Below are positions 1 through 7,530 of a stretch of 10,314 nucleotides of DNA, piece by piece; the first letter of the stretch is position 1, and every line of letters begins with the position of its first letter. A program made the translations under genes and the position numbers. The notes beneath the pieces were generated by a model. The model made no database searches and was not told where the DNA came from. It was given only the letters and a program-made list of their open reading frames with translations. Source of the DNA: Promethearchaeota archaeon (lineage in GTDB: Archaea; Asgardarchaeota; Lokiarchaeia; Sigyniarchaeales; SOKP01); assembly GCA_004524535.1 (NCBI GenBank), contig SDNY01000128.1:1-10314 (forward strand), given 5' to 3'.

Positions 1-315
1 ATTGTTATTGCTTTAAAATTTTTTGATGGAATAAAAGAAGAAATTAAAAAGTTCTTAAAATTAAAAATTAAAGTCCATTCTATCGTAGGCGACACGGTCA
101 TACCATTTGGTTTATTAATCACCGATGATGATTTTATACTCACCACTCTTGATCAAGTGAGCGGAGCGCCAGAATATACATCAGGATTATGGTTAGAACA
201 TGGTCGACCCAAACAAATAATTGGATATGAGCATTTGTTTAGACATTTTATTAGCTCTGAGTGTAAAGAGGCAGCATTGGAAACAAAGAAAAAAGAGGCT
301 CCAGATTTATTTTAA
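1..315 (+). CDS. 3' end of a protein truncated by the window edge; possibly the C-terminal effector-binding domain of a TrmB-family regulator
   Basis: Frame 1 is open from base 1 to TAA at 313-315 (104 aa: IVIALKFFDGIKEEIKKFLKLKIKVHSIVGDTVIPFGLLITDDDFILTTLDQVSGAPEYTSGLWLEHGRPKQIIGYEHLFRHFISSECKEAALETKKKEAPDLF). Not in the ORF track. The pattern 'LLITDD-hydrophobic strand...GLW...YEHLFRHF' resembles the TrmB/PLD-like C-terminal domain. The CDS is likely real; the family call is tentative. Confidence 0.5.
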   Translation: MVIALKFFDGIKEEIKKFLKLKIKVHSIVGDTVIPFGLLITDDDFILTTLDQVSGAPEYTSGLWLEHGRPKQIIGYEHLFRHFISSECKEAALETKKKEAPDLF

Positions 316-367
316 ATTATAATTAATTGAAAAAAAAAATAAAACGTATTTATGGTTAAATAAATTT

Positions 368-380
368 AACTATATATTAC
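368..380 (+). promoter_or_regulatory. Possible archaeal TATA box for the GTPase gene
   Basis: TATATA at 371-376, about 30 nt upstream of ATG 405. The AT-rich background makes this weak. Confidence 0.3.
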
Positions 381-404
381 ATAAAAAATCCGTAGGGTAA
401 TAGA

Positions 405-962
405 ATGAGTTATAGGGGTAAGGTAATTCTTTTAGGTGATGCTGGCGTTGGAAAAACCAGTTTAATTGCTCGATATGTGGATAATATGTTTAGATCTGAA
501 TATATTCAAACCGTAGGTGCTAATTTTCTAATTAAAGAAGTTAATTTAAAAAGAATTGTCGAAAAGATGAAAAGAGAAAATCTTGAAATTCCCTCGGGAA
601 TGTCTTCTTTCACGCTTTTCTATTGGGATATTGGAGGTCAAAAAGACAAGTTATTCGTAACAGAATATTATTTTTTACAAGCTGTAGGTGCCATGGTCGC
701 GTTCAGTATAGCTAATAGAGAGAGTTTCAATAATTTGGATTTTTGGATATCAAAGATGAAAGAATTGAGCGGGGATGTTCCATTTATAATTATTGGAAAT
801 AAAACTGATTTACAAGATAAAAGAGTTGTTCATACTGAAGAGATAGAAAAAAAAGCAAAGGCCTACGGTGTACAATATTTTGAAACCTCTGCAAAGTTAA
901 ATGAAAGCGTCGATATAGCTTTTGAGGATCTTTCTATTCAAATATTAAATAATCTTAAATAA
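405..962 (+). CDS. Rab-like Ras-superfamily small GTPase (Asgard-type eukaryotic signature protein)
   Basis: All G motifs are present: G1 GDAGVGKT, G2 YIQTVGANF, G3 WDIGGQ, G4 GNKTD, G5 YFETSAK. There is no C-terminal Cys prenylation motif. Confidence 0.95.
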   Translation: MSYRGKVILLGDAGVGKTSLIARYVDNMFRSEYIQTVGANFLIKEVNLKRIVEKMKRENLEIPSGMSSFTLFYWDIGGQKDKLFVTEYYFLQAVGAMVAFSIANRESFNNLDFWISKMKELSGDVPFIIIGNKTDLQDKRVVHTEEIEKKAKAYGVQYFETSAKLNESVDIAFEDLSIQILNNLK

Positions 963-1032
963 TTCTCTATTTTAATTTCTAATTGTTAAGATATTTATTT
1001 AACGTTTTTTACTTATTTAATTATAATTTACT

Positions 1033-1770
1033 ATGAGTGTTTTACTAATCCCTATAGCACCATTAGGAAGAACAAAGACTCGATTAAGGGGATGCTTTTC
1101 GAATGAGCAACTTAAAGAATTAACAGTTGCAATGTTCAAAGATTTATGTAATAAATTGTTAAATGTAAACTGCTTTAAAGAAAAAATTGTATATTGTAAT
1201 GACAAATTAATATTACAGCTTGCAGAAGATTTTGGTTTAATTGGCATTAAGGAAGTGCTAACACAACCTAGAAAATCTTTTGATGATGTTATTAAAGATC
1301 TCAATACTATAGCAATAAAAAAATATAATGCTGAACAAACTATTTTTACATTTTTAGATATTATCTTAATATCGGCTAAAAATTTCAATGAAATCAACTC
1401 ATTAGTAAAAAAAAACCAGTTAATCATTTGTCCCGCAATAAATTCAGCAGGTGTTTCTATTTTGGGGAGAAATCCTCCAGATATAATTTCCACTTTTTTT
1501 TCCCATCCCAAAATTCCTTCTCTTGTAGCCCTACTAAACAATGCAAAGGAGAAAGGAATAGACAAAATAGCAATCTACGATTCATTTAGAGCCAGTTTTG
1601 ATATAGATATTAAACAGGATTTAGTGTTGGCTTATGAATATTTAAAAATATTTAATCTAACAGATACATTAACTTTCCGCTTTTTGAAACAAAACTTAAA
1701 ATTAACATTACAAAAGATAAATGCAAACAATAATCGGGAGTTTTCTTTCGCGCTCAAAGAGGAAGATTAG
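1033..1770 (+). CDS. cofC: 2-phospho-L-lactate/phosphoenolpyruvate guanylyltransferase CofC-like (F420 biosynthesis), divergent
   Basis: The N-terminus LLIPIAPLGRTKTRLRGCFSNEQLKELTVAMFKDL matches the CofC pattern hhPhK...KTRL...hs.eeR..l..aMh.Dv. Also present are ICPAINSAGVSIL (cf. aP....GTnaL) and the C-terminal FDIDIKQDL (cf. DiDtpeDL). Confidence 0.8.
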   Translation: MSVLLIPIAPLGRTKTRLRGCFSNEQLKELTVAMFKDLCNKLLNVNCFKEKIVYCNDKLILQLAEDFGLIGIKEVLTQPRKSFDDVIKDLNTIAIKKYNAEQTIFTFLDIILISAKNFNEINSLVKKNQLIICPAINSAGVSILGRNPPDIISTFFSHPKIPSLVALLNNAKEKGIDKIAIYDSFRASFDIDIKQDLVLAYEYLKIFNLTDTLTFRFLKQNLKLTLQKINANNNREFSFALKEED

Positions 1771-1781
1771 ATTTTTTTATT
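1771..1781 (+). terminator. Oligo-T tract between convergent genes, possible archaeal terminator for cofC
   Basis: ATTTTTTTATT fills the 11-nt gap between the cofC TAG and the stop of the convergent gene. Confidence 0.35.
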
Positions 1782-3050
1782 TTAAAATTCAAAGGTAATA
1801 TTTATTTTCAAATCCTCTTGCAATATATCGCTAATTGCTTTTTGAAGAATCTCACGTTCTTCTTTTAATGATTCTAAATATTTTGTATAATCCTTATTTT
1901 TTCTATCAACATCTAATTGAATATGTTCTAATTTTGCAGTATTGATTGATATCTTATTCTTAAAATCTTTTAATTTTTCTGAAAGACCTGCATCTTTTAT
2001 TTCTTGCTCTATTTCTTTAATATTCTTCCTTAAATTTTTAAACTCTTCAATAAATTCATGTATTATCTTTTTATCGAAAATTTTATTAATTTGTTCAATT
2101 GTCTTAACTTTTGTATCTGTTTTAAGATTTAATATATTACCCTCCTCTAATGTATGCCTTAGATGGACTAATAGAGCGGAAAACTTTGGTAAATCTTTAC
2201 TCTCTTTGATAAGCATCGCAACCGGATCTTTAAGAAAATTTCTTAAATAATTTAAGTTGATATTAGAAATATGAATTGTTTCTTTATCTAATTCAAATTT
2301 TAATTTTTTTAAAGCTTTTTTAAAACCAATTTCATCATTAATTTTTATTTTTAATTTAAAAAGTTTTTCACGTTCTCTTTCAAGCTTTTTAAATAATTCG
2401 TTCTTTTCCAGGTTAATTATCTCTGAATTTAATTTTTCTAAACTCTTATTAGTTTCTTCTGCCATCAATTCAAAGCTAGCTAAATCTGATTTTGAATTTT
2501 CAATATTTTCTTTAAGACTGATTAATTTAGGTAATTTTTTCAATAAATCTTCAGCGTTTTTTACATCTCCATACTTTTTTCTTAAAAATGAGTCTAACAT
2601 TGCTTGCTTTTTTTGTAGTTTGCGAGTTCTATAATTCAGTTCTTTTATTTCAGTTTGTACTTCTTTCTGAAATTTTGGTAAACTTTTTCTGGCAATCACA
2701 TTAATCGATTTAAATAATTTTTTAATGGAATTAATTAATTCTATTAGATTTGAATAATTAATTTCTTCTTCTTCAGGTATTTCAATCTCATCTACATAGC
2801 TCTTAATTCGCTCTGAGAATAAGTTTAAAGATCTTAGAGATTTTTGGTCTATTTTATCTTGAGAATCAAGGAAATGATCCATACATATTTTAATATCAAT
2901 TAAACTGTTTCTAATGTCATAGATTAATTTTTTTGTAGCTCTTTTTATTTTATAAAATTGTTCGTTTATCCTCTCATTATAAAACTCTTCAAATTCCTCT
3001 AAATCTACTTCTACAGGTGACATAAGATTCCATTTAATTTTATCGATCAA
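1782..3050 (-). CDS. Hypothetical all-helical/coiled-coil protein (K/E/L/I-rich)
   Basis: 422-codon ORF 6 nt downstream of serS, with long heptad-like runs and no catalytic motif recognised. The start is either TTG 3050 or ATG 3023 (MSPVEVDLEEF). Confidence 0.8.
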   Translation of the reverse strand: MIDKIKWNLMSPVEVDLEEFEEFYNERINEQFYKIKRATKKLIYDIRNSLIDIKICMDHFLDSQDKIDQKSLRSLNLFSERIKSYVDEIEIPEEEEINYSNLIELINSIKKLFKSINVIARKSLPKFQKEVQTEIKELNYRTRKLQKKQAMLDSFLRKKYGDVKNAEDLLKKLPKLISLKENIENSKSDLASFELMAEETNKSLEKLNSEIINLEKNELFKKLEREREKLFKLKIKINDEIGFKKALKKLKFELDKETIHISNINLNYLRNFLKDPVAMLIKESKDLPKFSALLVHLRHTLEEGNILNLKTDTKVKTIEQINKIFDKKIIHEFIEEFKNLRKNIKEIEQEIKDAGLSEKLKDFKNKISINTAKLEHIQLDVDRKNKDYTKYLESLKEEREILQKAISDILQEDLKINITFEF

Positions 3051-3056
3051 ATATAT

Positions 3057-4343
3057 TTATTTAGGACTTTTAATAACCTTTTTCCCATTCATGTATTTTT
3101 GTAGAGCAGTTGGTATTCTTATTGAATGATCTTCATTTTGAAAGTTTTCTAAAATACAACAGATTGTACGTTCTGTTGCTATAGCAGTTGAATTTAATGT
3201 ATGCACTATTTGTTTTTCTTCTGACCCAACTTTGCCCATCCTGATTTTTAATTTTCGTGCTTGATAATCTAAACAATTACTGCAACTAACGAGTTCTCTA
3301 TATGTTTGAGATGCTGGAAACCAGGCTTCTAAATCGTATTTTTTTGCGGCATTATCATTCATTTCTCCAGAAGCAATATTAACGATTCTATATGGGAGTT
3401 CTAGTTTTTTATAAATCTCTTCAGCATTATGTATCAATTCCTCATGAAATTTCCATGATTCTTCAGGTTTGCAGAATACGTACTGCTCTACTTTTTCAAA
3501 TTGGTGAATTCGAAATATTCCTAAGGTATCTTTTCCATGAGACCCCGCTTCTCTCCTGAAGCACGAGGAGATACCAGCATATTTTATTGGCAATCTTTCA
3601 GGGGCGATAATTTCATCATAATGATAAGCGGCTAATGTTTGTTCTGACGTTGCTATCATGTATAAGTCTTCATCGTGAATTTTATATAATTGTTCCTCAA
3701 AATCTGCTAATTCGGCAGCAGCTTTAATCACTTCATGCTTTATAAAAAAAGGCGTCCACATTGGAGTATATCCTTTATTTTGAAGAAAATCTAAAGCGAA
3801 TTTCATTAGAGCTAAATTAAGTAAAACTAAATCTCCCTTTAAGTAATAAAATCGAGAAGCGACTACTTCAGAAGCTTTTTTAGTATCAGCACCATCTATA
3901 GTTTCTATTAATTTAACATGGTTTAAAGGTGAAAATTTGAAATTAGGCAATTCTCCAACAATCCGTACAATTTCATTCTCCTCTTCCGTCTCTCCGATAG
4001 GGACTGATTCATGAAGGATATTACCTACAACATAAAGATAATTATCTCTCTCTTCTTTATATTCTTTCTCAAGCTTTTCTAACTTATCTATTTCATCTTT
4101 TAATTCTTTCGTCGCTCTTATTGCCGCTTCAGATTCTTGTTCTTTTCCTTTTTTTTTAAGTTCTCCAATCTCTTTAGAAGTAATATTATGTTTCTGCTTT
4201 AATTCTTGAAGTTTAGTTATCACATTCCGCCATTTTTTATCATATTCTAATACCCTTTCTGCGTTAGAGGGATCCTTAAGTCTCCTCTTCTCAGATTCAA
4301 TAATCCTTTCTATATTCGTGCGAAATAATTCTATATCAAGCAA
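3057..4343 (-). CDS. serS: Seryl-tRNA synthetase (standard bacterial/eukaryotic-like type, class II)
   Basis: N-terminal MLDIELFR plus coiled-coil arm, ATSEQTL, motif 2 FRREAGSHGKDTLGIFRIHQFEKVEQ, ELVSCSNCLDYQAR, motif 3 HTLNSTAIATERTICCILENFQ. TTG start, with an in-frame TAG five codons upstream. Confidence 0.98.
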   Translation of the reverse strand: MLDIELFRTNIERIIESEKRRLKDPSNAERVLEYDKKWRNVITKLQELKQKHNITSKEIGELKKKGKEQESEAAIRATKELKDEIDKLEKLEKEYKEERDNYLYVVGNILHESVPIGETEEENEIVRIVGELPNFKFSPLNHVKLIETIDGADTKKASEVVASRFYYLKGDLVLLNLALMKFALDFLQNKGYTPMWTPFFIKHEVIKAAAELADFEEQLYKIHDEDLYMIATSEQTLAAYHYDEIIAPERLPIKYAGISSCFRREAGSHGKDTLGIFRIHQFEKVEQYVFCKPEESWKFHEELIHNAEEIYKKLELPYRIVNIASGEMNDNAAKKYDLEAWFPASQTYRELVSCSNCLDYQARKLKIRMGKVGSEEKQIVHTLNSTAIATERTICCILENFQNEDHSIRIPTALQKYMNGKKVIKSPK

Positions 4344-4452
4344 GCTAATATCATTCTAAAAATTAATTATAAAGTAATGAAATTTTATTAAATTATTATA
4401 AAGTATGACTATTTTAGTTTATTGCTTATTTTAAAACTAGTAAAAAAAGGGA

Positions 4453-4770
4453 CTAATCGTGATGTATTCTCTCTGGGAGGGTTGAACGTAGATAAGTTGT
4501 CCGAATTTTTCGTTTATCATTTCCCACTGTATCGATGATCCTTATTATCTTTATTCTTGTTGCTTTCCCTTTTATTCCTAGCTCTCCCATGATCTCATTT
4601 GCATAATTTTCTTTCTCTTGATCCTTCAAGAACCTTTCTTTGACTTTCTCTTTATCTAAACCTACCCTCTCTATAATTTTTAGGACCTTATTCAATGTGG
4701 GTTTACCCTTTAACCCCTCTTCTACCATAAATTCATTTGCAAAGGCTTCTTTTTCTTCAATTTCGGACAT
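4453..4770 (-). CDS. Small hypothetical protein made of two tandem 46-aa repeats
   Basis: ATG start and TAG stop followed by a T-tract on the minus strand. Residues 6-49 align without gaps to residues 52-95 with about 22 identities. Confidence 0.85.
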   Translation of the reverse strand: MSEIEEKEAFANEFMVEEGLKGKPTLNKVLKIIERVGLDKEKVKERFLKDQEKENYANEIMGELGIKGKATRIKIIRIIDTVGNDKRKIRTTYLRSTLPERIHHD

Positions 4771-4986
4771 ACTAATGAAAATATTTCTTAAATAAAAAAT
4801 TTAATGAGATTTACAATGTTGCTTGCTACTTTGAATTTATGACTAATTTATTATATATAAAAATAAAAATGTAATTTTTAATCCAATTTTATTTATATCC
4901 TCGAAAAAAATTATGCAGAAAAATGAAAAATAAGAGTTATAAATCAATAAGATAAATTTTATTATCCAAGATAAATTTCATAAACC

Positions 4987-5022
4987 AAATAAATTTATAA
5001 ATTTGCTCAAGTTAAGAGCAAA
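4987..5022 (+). promoter_or_regulatory. Candidate hdrA promoter: TATA box with an adjacent inverted repeat
   Basis: TTTATAAA at 4994-5001, preceded by purine-rich AAATAAA and followed directly by TTTGCTC-N7-GAGCAAA (5002-5008 / 5016-5022). Confidence 0.4.
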
Positions 5023-5066
5023 ATTGAATAGTGAAAATAAAATATATTTAAGGTGGACTTTTAAAA

Positions 5067-5071
5067 AGGTG
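5067..5071 (+). promoter_or_regulatory. Shine-Dalgarno site of hdrA
   Basis: AGGTG 5 nt upstream of ATG 5077. Confidence 0.7.
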
Positions 5072-5076
5072 TTAAA

Positions 5077-7080
5077 ATGTCTGATAAGAATCAGACCAAA
5101 AAAATTGCTGTCTATATTTGTCGGTGAGGAGTAAATATTGGAAATTGGGTTGACTGTGATGCGTTAAGAGATTTTGCAGAGACTTTACCAAACGTCGTTG
5201 TTTCTAAGATAAATAAATTCACATGTAGTGATCCTGGACAACAAGTCATAAAAAATGATATTTTAGAATTAGACATAAATAGAGTCGTTGTAGCGGCATG
5301 AACACCAAAGATTCACGAACCTACATATAGATCGGTCTTGATGGAAGCAGGATTAAGTCCTTATTACTTTGAAATGGTTAATATGCGAGAACACTGTTCT
5401 TTTGTTCATCAAGATGATAAACAAAAGGCAACAGAAAAAGCTAAAAGGCTAATTCTTGCAGGAGTTAATCGTGCAAGAGAATTAGAAGATGTTCCGCTCA
5501 AAGAAATACCCGTAACCAAAGCTGCCTTAGTTATTGGTGCGGGGATCGCTGGAATGAATTCTGCCTTAGATCTTGCGAATGGAGGAATTCCAGTTTATCT
5601 TGTTGAAAAAGAAGCCACAATTGGAGGGAAAATGGCACAATTGGATAGAGTTTATCCAACTGATGATTGTGGAATATGAGTTCTCGCGCCCATAATGGTG
5701 AATGCTGCTAAACATCCAAATATTACCCTTCTAACTTATAGCGATATCATAGAATTTAATGGAATTCCTGGGGAATATCATGTCAAAATAAGAAAAAATC
5801 CTCGTTATGTAGATGAGAAAAAATGTACTGGCTGTGGATTATGCACTACTAAATGCCCAGTTAAAGTACCAAGTGAATTTGATCGAGGTATCGGTGAACG
5901 AGGAGCAATTTATATTCCATTTCCACAAGCTGTTCCAATACTTGCTGTAATTGATAAGGATGTATGTATCGATTGCAAAACTTGTGAACGAGTCTGCCCT
6001 GCAGAAGCTATTAAGTTCGATCAAGAACCTGAGATAATCGATATAACTGTAGGTGCCGTGATTGTTGCGACAGGGTATGATGAATATCCAATTATGGAAA
6101 CGAATGAATATAATTATGGTATTTTTCCAGATGTTATCACTCAAATAGAACTGGAGAGAATGTTGAGTCCCGTAGGTCCGACTGGAGGTCATATTTATAG
6201 AATTTCAACAGGAGAAACTCCACAAAAGATCGTAGTAATTCAGTGTGTAGGGTCGAGATCTTTAAAAGGGAATCCCTACTGTTCTGCTGTGTGTTGTAAT
6301 GTAGCCCTCAAAAATGCTCAATTATTAATTCAAGAATATCCTGGAATAGACATCACGCTTTTTTATATTGACATTAGAACGACGGACAAAGCCAACGAAG
6401 AATATTATAGAAAAATTAGAGATACGGGTCTCAAACTAATTCGTGGTAAGGTTGGAGAGATTACTGAGGATCCCGAAACTAAAAAACTAAAAGTTAGAGC
6501 GTATTCATCATTATTGGATGAAATTGTCAATATTGAGGCTGATTTAGTAGTACTATCAACTGGAATGATACCCTCAAAAGGTACAGAAGAAATGGTTGAA
6601 GTAATGGGACTCAATGTGGGTCCTAATGGATTTCTATCAGAAGTTCATGGATGTTTATTTCCGCAGGAGACTAAAAATTTAGGGATATACATCTGTGGAT
6701 GTGCTGCTGGTCCAAAAAACATTCCATATTCCGTATCTACAGCTTTAGCTGCATCTAGTAAAGCGTTATCCCTTCTTTCAAGTGATACTATTAAACAAGA
6801 ATTAATTGTTGCTGAAGTAAATAAAGAACTTTGCGCGGGTTGTCATAGATGTGAAAAATTATGTGAATATCGAGCAATCACAGTGGGTGACGATGAAATT
6901 GCTGTTGTGGATGATTTAAAATGTAAGGGTTGTGGTGTGTGTGTTACATCTTGTCCAGCGAGGGCAATTGATCTAAAATATTACAGAGATATACAATTTG
7001 AAGAAGCAATCAAAGGAATCGGTGGCGTAGAGATTCCAATAGAATTTATTGAAGAAACAGAAGAAGTTGTGGATAATTAA
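5077..7080 (+). CDS. hdrA: Heterodisulfide reductase subunit A (FAD/Fe-S), selenoprotein with 3 UGA-Sec codons, 667 aa
   Basis: One continuous frame from ATG 5077: MSDKNQTKKIAVYICR-U17(5125-5127)-GVNIG...FTCSDPGQ...RVVVAA-U75(5299-5301)-TPKIHEPTYR...VIGAGIAG (FAD)...YPTDDCGI-U201(5677-5679)-VLAPIM. It continues with a 2x[4Fe-4S] insert (CTGCGLCTTKCP, CIDCKTCERVCP), ELERM, QCVGSR...YCSAVCCNVALK and a C-terminal 2x[4Fe-4S] domain (CAGCHRCEKLC, CKGCGVCVTSCP). This joins track ORFs 5338..5679 and 5695..7080, which share a frame. Confidence 0.95.
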
Positions 7081-7089
7081 ACAAAATAA

Positions 7090-7095
7090 AGGTGA
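7090..7095 (+). promoter_or_regulatory. Shine-Dalgarno site of mvhD
   Basis: AGGTGA ending 6 nt before ATG 7102. Confidence 0.75.
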
Positions 7096-7101
7096 AAAAT
7101 T

Positions 7102-7530
7102 ATGAGTGAAAGTCTAAAATCTGAAAAAAGAAGAATTATTGCCTTTGGCTGTGATAAATGAGGATATCCTGTCGCTGATCTAACGGGCACTGCCCGAAAA
7201 AGCTATTCTGCAAATTTTCATTTATTACGTGTCAGATGTACAAGTAGAATCGGATTACATTTGATAATGAAATGCTTCCTAAATGGAGCAGATGGCGTTG
7301 CGATAATTTCATGACATGAAGGTGAATGCGATTACGGTAGAGGTAATATGAATACATATGAGCATGTATTGTTCCTAAAAAAACTATTTGATCGCATTGG
7401 AATTTCTGAAGATAGAATCCAACAATATTTCTGTTCTGCTGCTGAAGTTGAAAATTTTCTCAACTCAGTAGAAGATATCACTAAAAAAGTGGAAAAATTA
7501 CCTCCTCTGCCAAGATTTAATCCGAAATAG
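7102..7530 (+). CDS. mvhD: MvhD/VhuD/FlpD-family [2Fe-2S] subunit, selenoprotein with 2 UGA-Sec codons, 142 aa
   Basis: MSESLKSEKRRIIAFGCDK-U20(7159-7161)-GYPVADLTGTARKSYSANFHLLRVRCTSRIGLHLIMKCFLNGADGVAIIS-U71(7312-7314)-HEGECDYGRGNMNTYEHVLFLKKLFDRIGISEDRIQQYFCSAAE...LPPLP. This matches MvhD motifs FxCxxCxYxxAD.xG, RVxC, GADGV...CHxGxCxY..GN and GI..xR....SAAE. The track shows only the last 60 aa (7348..7530). Confidence 0.95.

Noticed and set aside
1017-1565. 182-aa minus-strand ORF
   Set aside because: Antisense shadow of cofC with no recognisable motifs.
1942-2250. 102-aa plus-strand ORF
   Set aside because: Antisense to the coiled-coil gene; its F/L/S/I-rich composition is what the reverse of K/E-rich codons gives.
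4949-5004. Repeated (AAG)ATAAATTT motifs at about 4952, 4971, 4989 and 4997 as a repeat array or CRISPR remnant
   Set aside because: Short, irregularly spaced and almost purely A/T in a very AT-rich spacer; no repeat-spacer structure and no cas genes.
5839-6614. Minus-strand ORFs 5839..6192 and 6405..6614
   Set aside because: Antisense shadows within hdrA.
7081-7101. A dedicated SECIS for hdrA between hdrA and mvhD
   Set aside because: Only 21 nt, A-rich, contains the SD and cannot form a stem.
5077-7530. hdrA and mvhD as pseudogenes or split genes (track ORFs 5338..5679, 5695..7080, 7348..7530)
   Set aside because: All five interruptions are TGA, in frame, at conserved Cys positions, with no frameshifts or TAA/TAG. 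SD sites and cofactor motifs are intact and a SECIS-like hairpin follows.
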